From contig JALGVI010000035.1 in the NCBI GenBank assembly GCA_029838215.1, positions 1-30,852 on the forward strand: a stretch of DNA of 30,852 bases, given 5' to 3'. Under the pieces are notes generated by a model. It did no database searches. It was not told where the DNA came from and saw only the letters and a list, made by a program, of their open reading frames with translations. This DNA is from Candidatus Helarchaeota archaeon. Its GTDB lineage: Archaea > Asgardarchaeota > Lokiarchaeia > Helarchaeales > RDOG01. Position numbers and translations under genes: made by a program. Shown piece after piece: positions 19,661 through 27,418 of this stretch. Position 1 is the first letter of the stretch; the number at the start of each line of letters is the position of its first letter.

Positions 19661-19942
19661 AGGGTAAATTTCAAGCTTAAAAGCTCAAGACAACCAGTTT
19701 CTCGTGCCACAAGGGCAAAACGCTCAACTAGTCGAAAACGTAACTCGAATTTAATATTTAAAGTTTTTTATTTAAGGTTTTGTTCCGGAAGATTTTATTA
19801 CATGATGCTTTGGCTAAAATTCTTCTCCGAAATCTATAAAAAATCGGTTTGTTTTATATTTCTAGACTTGGAGAAGGCAAGCCTTCTTCCTGTTCTAAAA
19901 GGTCCCTTGGTAGCTTAGACTGGCTAGAGCGCGGGGCTGTAG

Positions 19943-20011
19943 TATGTACACATGATAGACAGTGGAATGGCTCCATGGATGATATCATGACAGCATTAGT
20001 GACACGCAGTC
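19943..20011 (+). other. tRNA-Tyr anticodon intron, 69 nt, BHB-bounded, with internal K-turn hairpin
   Basis: Central helix CTGT/GCAG, bulges AGT and TCA. Internal CATGATA/TATCATG stem capped by tandem GA pairs and a GAT bulge. Confidence 0.9.
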
Positions 20012-20033
20012 ACCCTGAGATCGCTGGTTCGAA

Positions 20034-20064
20034 TTACTGATAACCTGACGTTTCAGTAAGAAAG
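20034..20064 (+). other. tRNA-Tyr T-loop intron (59/60), 31 nt
   Basis: Relaxed BHB: TTCG/AGAA helix with one G-A mismatch, bulges AAT and AGT, stem TACTGA/TCAGTA. Removal restores the TTCGAAT loop. Confidence 0.88.
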
Positions 20065-20095
20065 TCCGGCCCAAGGGACCATCTTTTATTTCATC

Positions 20096-20194
20096 GGGTC
20101 CGTAGCATAGCCTGGATAGTGCGTCAGCCTTCGGATATCTCATGTTTTAGAAGATAGTTGAAAGTCGGGAGTTCAAATCTCTCCGGGCCCACCA
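20096..20194 (+). tRNA. tRNA-Arg(TCG) with 21-nt intron at 37/38; CCA encoded
   Basis: GGGTCCG/CGGGCCC acceptor, A20 Arg identity, TCAGC/GTTGA anticodon stem, TTCAAAT T-loop. 14 nt downstream of tRNA-Tyr. Confidence 0.94.
20135..20155 (+). other. tRNA-Arg intron (BHB with short h' helix)
   Basis: Central helix CTTC/GAAG, bulges GGA and ATA. Confidence 0.88.
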
Positions 20195-20254
20195 AATTCA
20201 CTTATTATTCATAAAACCATTTCAACGATTTTGAATTATAGACTCGAAAACTAA

Positions 20255-20713
20255 TTGAGTGAGTTGAGCCACGTGACAGAAGTCAAGACAGGAAAAAAAA
20301 TCGCAATAGTGCGGTGTGAAAGAACTCAAGAATCTTGTCCGGGAACCTCTTGCCTGAGTTCATTTCAAGAGCGCAAGTATACTTTTAAGGAATATGATGA
20401 GAATGCAATGTTAGTGGGATTTTTTTCTTGTGGTGGTTGCCCAGGAAGACGAATCTTCCGGCTCATTCGCTCGATAAAGGAAGAAACGGGATTAGACGTG
20501 GTTCATGTCGCTTCGTGCATCTTAAAAGAAGAACCATTTCCGAAATGCTTGCACAAAAAAGACATTATTGAATCGATGAAAAAAATGGGTATTGAAGTCA
20601 TTTTAGGAAGCGATGATAAGTGGGAGATCGAAAAAAGAATAAAGAAAGAGCGAGGAGAAATCACTCAATTTGACGATGATGAAGAAATATTGAAAGGATC
20701 GTCTCATTGGTGA
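20255..20713 (+). CDS. CGGC-domain protein (putative metal/Fe-S binding)
   Basis: IAIVRC..CPGTSC, GFFSCGGCPG, VHVASC, KC motifs. Confidence 0.88.
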   Translation: MSELSHVTEVKTGKKIAIVRCERTQESCPGTSCLSSFQERKYTFKEYDENAMLVGFFSCGGCPGRRIFRLIRSIKEETGLDVVHVASCILKEEPFPKCLHKKDIIESMKKMGIEVILGSDDKWEIEKRIKKERGEITQFDDDEEILKGSSHW

Positions 20714-20748
20714 AAATTGCCCATCATTCCGTTTTATTTAGTAATTTC

Positions 20749-21060
20749 TTATGACGTGGATTCTTTAATCCAGTCCAGATACTGTTCGTATCCCATTTTT
20801 ATTGGAAGAAAAATGATTTCTGGGACTTCATACGAATGCATGCTTTTGATTCGCTCTTTTAACTGTTCAAATAGATCCGCACGCGTCTTTATTATCAAAA
20901 GATTCTCATTATCTTCTTCTAATTTTCCTTCCCACGTGTAAATTGACGTGATTTCCGGAATGATATTGACACAAGCTGCTAGCTTCTCCTGAACTATTTT
21001 ATGGGCAATTTCTTTTGATTGTCTTTTTGCACAAGTTACAAATACAACTCCGTATTCCAA
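20749..21060 (-). CDS. cutA: Divalent-cation tolerance protein CutA
   Basis: KLAACVNI, SIYTWEG, LLIIKT, HSYEVPEI, YLDWI. Confidence 0.95.
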   Translation of the reverse strand: MEYGVVFVTCAKRQSKEIAHKIVQEKLAACVNIIPEITSIYTWEGKLEEDNENLLIIKTRADLFEQLKERIKSMHSYEVPEIIFLPIKMGYEQYLDWIKESTS

Positions 21061-21186
21061 AAATTCACGCTCCTGTAAACATGAACATGTGTATAAAAAG
21101 AATTATTAGATAAAAAATTCTCTCAATTCTGAATTAGAATTAGCAATTTCTACTCGGTTTGCAGATGAATCTAGGAAATAAGAAAA

Positions 21187-22980
21187 ATGCAGGCTTTTGA
21201 TTTTACATCCCTCATTATATTCCTTATCGTTACCATCATATTTTGGGTGGGCATCCTCGTTGTAGATCAAATATTTAAATTGAGAACGAAAGGGTGGGAA
21301 GTTCAACCTGGTTTATTACTTGCGAAAACAAAACGATTTAATAATTTCATTGATGGCGTTGCTAGATATGCTCCAAAAGTCTGGAAATGGATTTGGAACG
21401 TGGGTGTCATCGTGGGATTCTTAGGAATTGTATTGATATTGATGTTACTTACTTGGAACATGTTCAATCCCTTTGGTGGCTTGGCGACTCCCACTCCAGC
21501 AGCTGAATCGGCGGTGCTACCCATTGTCCCCGGTTTGACGATTAGATTCGATACATTCCTTTGGTTTCTCATCCCTATCATCATTATCATGGTCTCTCAT
21601 GAAATGGCACATGGCATTGCCGCTCGCGTTGATGGAATTACCATAAGATCATCAGGAATCATCGTTCTCCTGATTTTATTCGGTGCATTCGTTGAGCCTA
21701 ATGAAAAACAAATTGAAAAAAAGAAACCAATCAAGCGAATGCGTGTCCTAGCAGCGGGATCTTTCGTAAACATCATTGTGGGTTTTTTTTGCTTGATGCT
21801 CCTTTCAAACTCCATCCTTTTCATGGCACCCTTTTATTCCATCACGCCATCAGGAGTCGTCGTGCAACAAGTAGAGACCACATCTCCCGTCTATTTACAG
21901 ATGGTACCAGGTTCTGTCATCACTGCAATTAATGATACCAAAATTACGTCTTATGAAGATCTACATGAGTTCATGCAAACCACGAACCCATTTGAATCAA
22001 TCACCATGACTTATTTTCTATTTCCTCCCTATACTCCCATTCCATCAACTACCACCATTCAATTAACCCAAAAAGCCGTTGATTTAGGTCATAATGCCGA
22101 TTCATTGGACCAAGGAGTTGCAAGCTATCAAATCTTGCAAGGAGAAACTACAAGTGAACTTGGCGACCTAACAAAAAATGGTAACTATTTCAACATGACG
22201 GGAAATTCGACTTACAATAATGCTTCACTTCTTCAATGTACAATTGATTTTTACGAATTAGACATCGTCCCAACATCAATTAGCCTGATGGAATTAGAAA
22301 TTAACATTTTTCTCAATGACACGTCTAATATAGGGACGGCCAGCTTCCAACTAAAAAATTCAGATCAAGTTAGCGTGGAACAGGCAACTTTTAATAGCAC
22401 CACTACAAGCAACAGCATTCAACAGTCATTTACTGCAGAAAACGTATCGAATTACATCTCGTCAAATAAAATAATATTAATTTTTGATGTACGCTCAAGT
22501 AGCGAGGATTATACTCTTTCAATTGGTTACATTTCAATTAATACGACATATTCTGCCAGTTATATTGGAAAAATTGGGATAATTGCTCCCAACTATTATG
22601 CTCCTACAGGACCTTTGGGGTTTCTGGTAGCACCTTTTGGCAGTCTCTTTCAAGGATTCCTATTAAAAACTTTGCTATACACGTTCATGTTGGCAATCGG
22701 CATTGGATTGTTCAATTTGCTTCCCATTCCACCCTTTGACGGAGATAAGCTATTCACGACACTCGTCGAGTCAGTTTCAGGAGGCAAAAAGAAACGCGTG
22801 TTGAAAAAATCTGAAGATGGAAAAAGTGAAGAAGAAGTCCTAACATGGTCTTTAGGACAGAAAATTACCATTTGGAGTGTTCGTGCATTTGCAATCTTTC
22901 TCCTTGTTTCTAGCATTATCTTAACGATCCTGTTTGTATTCGTATTTCAAACGCTAGATCTGTCCTTTTTATTTCCGTGA
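21187..22980 (+). CDS. Site-2 protease (M50) with PDZ domain and extra extracellular insertion
   Basis: HEMAH, GAFVEP, AAGSFVN, NLLPIPPFDG; PDZ-like segment GVVVQQVETTSP..GSVITAINDTKI. Confidence 0.9.
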   Translation: MQAFDFTSLIIFLIVTIIFWVGILVVDQIFKLRTKGWEVQPGLLLAKTKRFNNFIDGVARYAPKVWKWIWNVGVIVGFLGIVLILMLLTWNMFNPFGGLATPTPAAESAVLPIVPGLTIRFDTFLWFLIPIIIIMVSHEMAHGIAARVDGITIRSSGIIVLLILFGAFVEPNEKQIEKKKPIKRMRVLAAGSFVNIIVGFFCLMLLSNSILFMAPFYSITPSGVVVQQVETTSPVYLQMVPGSVITAINDTKITSYEDLHEFMQTTNPFESITMTYFLFPPYTPIPSTTTIQLTQKAVDLGHNADSLDQGVASYQILQGETTSELGDLTKNGNYFNMTGNSTYNNASLLQCTIDFYELDIVPTSISLMELEINIFLNDTSNIGTASFQLKNSDQVSVEQATFNSTTTSNSIQQSFTAENVSNYISSNKIILIFDVRSSSEDYTLSIGYISINTTYSASYIGKIGIIAPNYYAPTGPLGFLVAPFGSLFQGFLLKTLLYTFMLAIGIGLFNLLPIPPFDGDKLFTTLVESVSGGKKKRVLKKSEDGKSEEEVLTWSLGQKITIWSVRAFAIFLLVSSIILTILFVFVFQTLDLSFLFP

Positions 22981-23084
22981 AAAAACGATTTGCCTGAAAG
23001 GAGTTGTAAAAATCGACTCGACCAATAATCACGTGTTCTAGGTGCAAGAAAAAACAGGCAGTATATCTTCAGGCATATTCTGGC

Positions 23085-23966
23085 GTGAAATTGTGTCGAA
23101 AATGCTTCATCACGTCTCTCGAGAAAAAAATTGCAAAGACAATCTCTAAATATTCAATGCTTCAGGAAAATGACCGAATTGCAATCGGGCTTTCGGGAGG
23201 AAAGGATAGCATGGTTCTATTTCACGTGCTAAACAAGATTGAAGCTCGATTTCCTCATAGCGATATTTTTACGATCACAATCGACGAAGGAATTAAGGGT
23301 TATCGGGACGAAAGTCTTGAAATCGTGAAAGGAGTTGTGAAACAACATGATATTGAGCATTATCATTACTCGTTTAAAGATCTTTGCGGTCATACCTTGG
23401 ATGAACTCGTTCAAATTACCACAGAAAAGCAGTTACAAATTTTGCCTTGCACCATTTGCGGTGTAATGCGGAGACGAGCGTTAAATTTCGTGGCACGTGA
23501 ACACGGTGCATCTAAGCTAGCAATAGGACATAATCTTGATGATGAGGCGCAAACAGTTTTAATGAACGTGCTTAGGGCAGACCTCGAACGGCTCTATCGG
23601 TTGGATCCTATTCCAAGCCTAAAACATCCGGATTTAGTCCCTAGAATTAAACCATTACGCGAAATCCCTGAAAAAGAAACCAGTCTATATCTCTACTACC
23701 AAAATTTACCCTTCCACTCGGTAGAATGCCCCTATACACCTCAAGCACTACGACGTCAGATCCAAACCATTTTGAACGATCTCGAAGCGAAAAATCCAAA
23801 CATCAAGTTTAGCCTATTGAGATTCTTTGACAAACTCCACCCAATCTTACAAGAACATCCACCAATTACTAAAACTTTTAAATCCTGTTCAAGATGTGGC
23901 GAAGTAACGAATACTTCTATTTGTAAATATTGCGTTCTCATCGATCAACTCCTCAACAAGAAATGA
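23085..23966 (+). CDS. ttuA: tRNA 2-thiolation protein TtuA/Ncs6 (TIGR00269-like); real N-terminus probably starts at or before 23031
   Basis: SGGKDS PP-loop, CTICGVMRRRAL, GHNLDDEAQT, RIKPLR, CPY, C-terminal CSRC..CKYC. First CxxC of the N-terminal Zn finger is in frame upstream (23034-23045). Confidence 0.9.
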   Translation: MKLCRKCFITSLEKKIAKTISKYSMLQENDRIAIGLSGGKDSMVLFHVLNKIEARFPHSDIFTITIDEGIKGYRDESLEIVKGVVKQHDIEHYHYSFKDLCGHTLDELVQITTEKQLQILPCTICGVMRRRALNFVAREHGASKLAIGHNLDDEAQTVLMNVLRADLERLYRLDPIPSLKHPDLVPRIKPLREIPEKETSLYLYYQNLPFHSVECPYTPQALRRQIQTILNDLEAKNPNIKFSLLRFFDKLHPILQEHPPITKTFKSCSRCGEVTNTSICKYCVLIDQLLNKK

Positions 23967-24016
23967 TTCTTTAGAAATCCAATTACCCTCTCTCTTTTCA
24001 AGTCCATGCTAATACT

Positions 24017-24030
24017 GAAAAACTTTTTAT
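24017..24030 (+). promoter_or_regulatory. Putative BRE/TATA promoter of SRP RNA
   Basis: GAAAAA-C-TTTTTAT ends 23 nt upstream of the SRP helix-1 start. Confidence 0.55.
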
Positions 24031-24052
24031 GGTGTTGTTGTGGCAATATCTA

Positions 24053-24366
24053 GTGCGAATCACTAGGCGGAAAGCGTAGGCGGCTTTCCATAACAGCAAG
24101 TCTGTACGGCTGGCTGAATACCAATTGGAGGCTCGTGGAGCTCTAGCACGCCTTCCACTACCGTCCGACGATCCTCCGCCCTTGGGATGTGCCGTTACAG
24201 GCACCCTTTCGTAGGAAAGGGTCGTACTGTATTAAATGTCCGAACCCAGCGAGGCCCTGGCGGGAGCAGCGTAAGGGCTAAGGTCGCATGTTCAAGGTCC
24301 CCGGAGGGGAGGTCGCGTGGAAGAAACGACTGGAGTGAAACCCGTCGAATCTTGGGTGATTCGCAT
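24053..24366 (+). ncRNA. ffs: Signal recognition particle RNA (archaeal 7S)
   Basis: 12-bp terminal helix GTGCGAATCACT/GGTGATTCGCAT; Alu-like hairpins; helix 6 ACCCTTTC-GTAG-GAAAGGGT; helix 8 AGGCCC-TGGC-GGGAGCAGC; about 314 nt. Confidence 0.93.
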
Positions 24367-24372
24367 CACGGA

Positions 24373-24457
24373 GCGGAGTTAGTCAAGCTGGTAAGACGCA
24401 GGACTGCTAATCCTGTTCCCTCTGGGAGCGTGGGTTCGAGTCCCACACTCCGCGCCA
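24373..24457 (+). tRNA. tRNA-Ser(GCT), no intron, CCA encoded
   Basis: GCGGAGT/ACTCCGC acceptor, G73, long variable arm, CAGGA/TCCTG stem, GTGGG-TTCGAGT-CCCAC T-arm. Confidence 0.97.
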
Positions 24458-24501
24458 ATCAATTTCCTTTCATGCATCATAAAAAAACGTGAAGGTGCAT
24501 C

Positions 24502-25449
24502 ATGCTCAAAGTTCTTGACTTATTTTGCGGTGCTGGTGGCTTTTCTCAAGGATTCAAGCAAGCTGGAAAATTCCAGATCTCACTCGGCATCGATGTTAAT
24601 ACGACCGTCCTCAAGACTTATGAATTCAACCACCGTTCCACTCTGGCACTTCAGGAAGATATTGCTCAACTAAGAGCCGAAACAATCCTGAAAATTCTAA
24701 AGACACCACCAGACATAATAATTGCAAGCCCACCATGTGAGTCCTTTACAAATGCCAATATTACTAGACGCAAGGACCCGCTCATGCGGCTATACGATGA
24801 TGAAAAAGGACGTCTCGTGCTTCATGCAATCCGTCTAATCGGTGACCTACAACCGGAAGTATTCGTGCTCGAAAACGTCCCGCAATTGATGGAAGGCGAC
24901 CTAAAGGATGCATTGAAATTCGAATTTGAAAGAGTCGGGTACGAACAAATCTTCTTTAATATCGTTCATGCAGAGAAACATGGGTGTCCAAGTCGGCGTG
25001 CTCGGCTATTTATTTCAAATAGTGCCCTTAATTTACCCAAGAAGCCACGCATCTCCGTAAAATCGGCCCTGCGCGACATTCCGGATCCAAGAACGATTCA
25101 CGACCTTCCCAACCATGAATACGTCCCCGTGTCCGAGAAAAAAGAACGCAAGATTGCACGTCTGCGACCAAATACACCGCTCATTTATTATAAAAGCGCA
25201 AGAAAAATAAACACGAATTGGAAAAGACTGCCTGAAAACGACACTTGTTATACGATAATGGGAAACAGCCGATACATTCATCCCACGCAAAATCGCCTTT
25301 TGACGGTCAGAGAACAAGCACGCTTGATGAGTTGGCCAGATGATTATATCTTCTTCGGTTCACAAGCCGAGCAATTTAATCAGGTCGGAGAAGCAGTCCC
25401 TCCACTAATCTCAACTGAAATCGCTGCAACCATCAATGCTAAAACTTGA
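24502..25449 (+). CDS. C5-cytosine methyltransferase (orphan Dcm/Dnmt2-like)
   Basis: Motif I DLFCGAGG, IV SPPC, VI ENV, VIII RRARLF, IX/X LTVREQARLMSWPD..GEAVPP. Confidence 0.9.
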   Translation: MLKVLDLFCGAGGFSQGFKQAGKFQISLGIDVNTTVLKTYEFNHRSTLALQEDIAQLRAETILKILKTPPDIIIASPPCESFTNANITRRKDPLMRLYDDEKGRLVLHAIRLIGDLQPEVFVLENVPQLMEGDLKDALKFEFERVGYEQIFFNIVHAEKHGCPSRRARLFISNSALNLPKKPRISVKSALRDIPDPRTIHDLPNHEYVPVSEKKERKIARLRPNTPLIYYKSARKINTNWKRLPENDTCYTIMGNSRYIHPTQNRLLTVREQARLMSWPDDYIFFGSQAEQFNQVGEAVPPLISTEIAATINAKT

Positions 25450-25495
25450 CTTATTGGATGGTTCGAGAAAAAGAATACAAAAAAAAGAAGAAGGT

Positions 25496-27418
25496 TTAAT
25501 GCTCTCGCTTTTTTCGGCTCCAAAGTCCAATTGCAAGTGTCGTTCCAGTAATTACAAGGATTATTGAAAATCCCGGTATGGGGGCAGGGTTTTTTGGCAG
25601 CTGTGGTTCCGTTGTTTCGGTGATTTCAATAGACGTGTAGTCAGTCCTGTTTTCAGAATCTTGGATCTTAATGAGGTAAGTTCCCGCGTCTAAAGTCGGT
25701 AAACTAATCGTGCCGTGAATTTCTCCCGTTGAGCTGGTGGTTCCGGAGGCCAAAGTCGTGTTTTGTAGAACACCACCTGAGCTGTAAAAAAGAGTGACCG
25801 TGTACTGACAATTCGGCGTGAAATTATATGCCGTCAATTGGATGGAAGAATCGGTCTCTACTTGATAATCGCCAAGGTCGGCTATGGGCATGACCCACTC
25901 TGGTGCGTGAGACAGCGGGTCAGCGTATTCATGAACCTGAACGGCTATTACGGGAAGTCCTGGTGTTGCATTCGACAAGTCATAGATGAATCCTGACCCT
26001 GTTTCATTTTCTTCATAAGTCGTAAACGGCACGAACGAAACAGGGTGTAATGTCTGAAACAGGCTGTTATTGAGATCTGGGATTGATTCCAAGTTAAAAT
26101 CGAAAATTATTGCTGTCTGATTGATTGGAGTTTCCTCTTGTAAGCCTAACTGTTTCGTTCCTTCAAGAAGTAACGAATCTTTTTCAAAGACATTCACGAC
26201 TCCTTTATCGGTTTGAGGATCTCTCGTGATGTTTTCATCCAACCACCAGTTTATGGTGTTCGGAAGGCAGGCACTCCAACCGATCCCATCGATCCATTCT
26301 GAGAGATTTAATTGCACGTTGCCTGTTGTATCTGTCTCCAATCGAAACCAGAAATCAGGATCAAACATCCCTGGAATGCTAAATGGATATTCCATGCATC
26401 CTCCTGGACGATTATTAATCAAATAACCCCAAGACATGTTGATCGGCCAACCACCAGCCGTGTTCCACAGTGTCAGGTTATCGGTCCATGTCTTCAAGAT
26501 CAGTTTAAATCTTGTCAAGAATATTGAAAGATTATTTAGATGAAACTTGATTTCCGATTCTGAATCCGATATGTCAATTGCCTTACCTTTCGAGAGTCCA
26601 AAAATTATGTGTGTCTTATTATAGGCGATATCTCCTTTAGTATCGTTGATATGTGAAGCATTTTTTATCACTTGGTCTTCGACTCCAGTAATCACGAAAT
26701 ACTTTTTCACGCTTGCACCCGACACGTTTTTTGCCATATCTCGAATTGTTTGATGTTGTGCTTCCGTTAATGCCGTGCCCGTACGCCCCGTATCTCCATC
26801 TCTCGCACGACCCCAAAGAAGATAATTCCGATCTGCTTCCGTGATGTTTCCGTCACCATCCGCATCCCAACCCGAAGGTGGTGGTGGGTTAGGATTATTC
26901 TGTTCAGAGCCGTGACTCAGCCCTCCAAGACCGTGAAGCATTTCATGCGCCCAAGTTTCTGAATTTGTACCTTCGTCCACGCAAGCCGTATTAGAACCAA
27001 GAATGGAAACTCCATTTGCACCATCCCAAAAGTGCGTGGCATTTCCATCTTTTATATCGCATACAATTATATGAACACCGTCTGGATTTCTACTTTTTGC
27101 TTCTGTTGCAACTTTTTCTACATCTCCCGTCCCTAATTCGATATCTCCCTCTCCCATTCCGTCTGATGCAGGTGGTCTTGGATCTGGGAGTATGTTGATT
27201 TTCCCATCCCACGAGAAAATCACGTGGTGCACGTGATAGAGATCGTTCATTTCCTCAATGTTCTTTTGGATATCTTCTGTTGAAGGAACCTGACTTCCAT
27301 TCACCACGTTTATGTGAATTGGAACAACAGTAAAATCAGATTCTGGCTTTGGAGGATCTTTTGTTTGCAGGATATCATTTGCGACAATCGTCGATGTTGT
27401 TTGCAAGTTGATTAGCAT
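25496..27418 (-). CDS. Secreted, membrane-anchored metzincin-like Zn metalloprotease; real start probably near 27487
   Basis: HEMLHGLGGLSH Zn motif, DADGDGNITEAD Ca loop, beta-rich C-terminal domains, IPGF + TM helix + RKKR tail. Signal peptide is in frame upstream of the ORF-track start. Confidence 0.8.
   Translation of the reverse strand: MLINLQTTSTIVANDILQTKDPPKPESDFTVVPIHINVVNGSQVPSTEDIQKNIEEMNDLYHVHHVIFSWDGKINILPDPRPPASDGMGEGDIELGTGDVEKVATEAKSRNPDGVHIIVCDIKDGNATHFWDGANGVSILGSNTACVDEGTNSETWAHEMLHGLGGLSHGSEQNNPNPPPPSGWDADGDGNITEADRNYLLWGRARDGDTGRTGTALTEAQHQTIRDMAKNVSGASVKKYFVITGVEDQVIKNASHINDTKGDIAYNKTHIIFGLSKGKAIDISDSESEIKFHLNNLSIFLTRFKLILKTWTDNLTLWNTAGGWPINMSWGYLINNRPGGCMEYPFSIPGMFDPDFWFRLETDTTGNVQLNLSEWIDGIGWSACLPNTINWWLDENITRDPQTDKGVVNVFEKDSLLLEGTKQLGLQEETPINQTAIIFDFNLESIPDLNNSLFQTLHPVSFVPFTTYEENETGSGFIYDLSNATPGLPVIAVQVHEYADPLSHAPEWVMPIADLGDYQVETDSSIQLTAYNFTPNCQYTVTLFYSSGGVLQNTTLASGTTSSTGEIHGTISLPTLDAGTYLIKIQDSENRTDYTSIEITETTEPQLPKNPAPIPGFSIILVITGTTLAIGLWSRKKREH

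Larger units (their letters stand above)
19904..20081 (+). tRNA. tRNA-Tyr(GTA) with two introns (37/38 and 59/60); CCA encoded
   Basis: C1:G72 and A73 Tyr identity; CCCTTGG/CCAAGGG acceptor; CGGGG/CCCTG anticodon stem; GCTGG/CCGGC T-stem. Removing 69+31 nt gives a 78-nt cloverleaf. Confidence 0.93.

Noticed and set aside
19849-20040. 63-aa ORF over tRNA-Tyr
   Set aside because: Overlaps a well-supported tRNA; shadow ORF.
19943-20064. Box C/D guide or nested intron inside the tRNA-Tyr introns
   Set aside because: Intron 1 has no CUGA D box and no second well-formed BHB. The two CTGA in intron 2 have no properly spaced C box.
22977-22997. Mini-ORF GTG-AAA-AAA-CGA-TTT-GCC-TGA, in frame with ttuA, as a read-through start
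   Set aside because: Would need read-through of two stops (TGA 22995, TAA 23007).
23998-24492. ORFs 23998-24204 (-) and 24187-24492 (+)
   Set aside because: They arise from the GC-rich SRP RNA and tRNA-Ser sequence.
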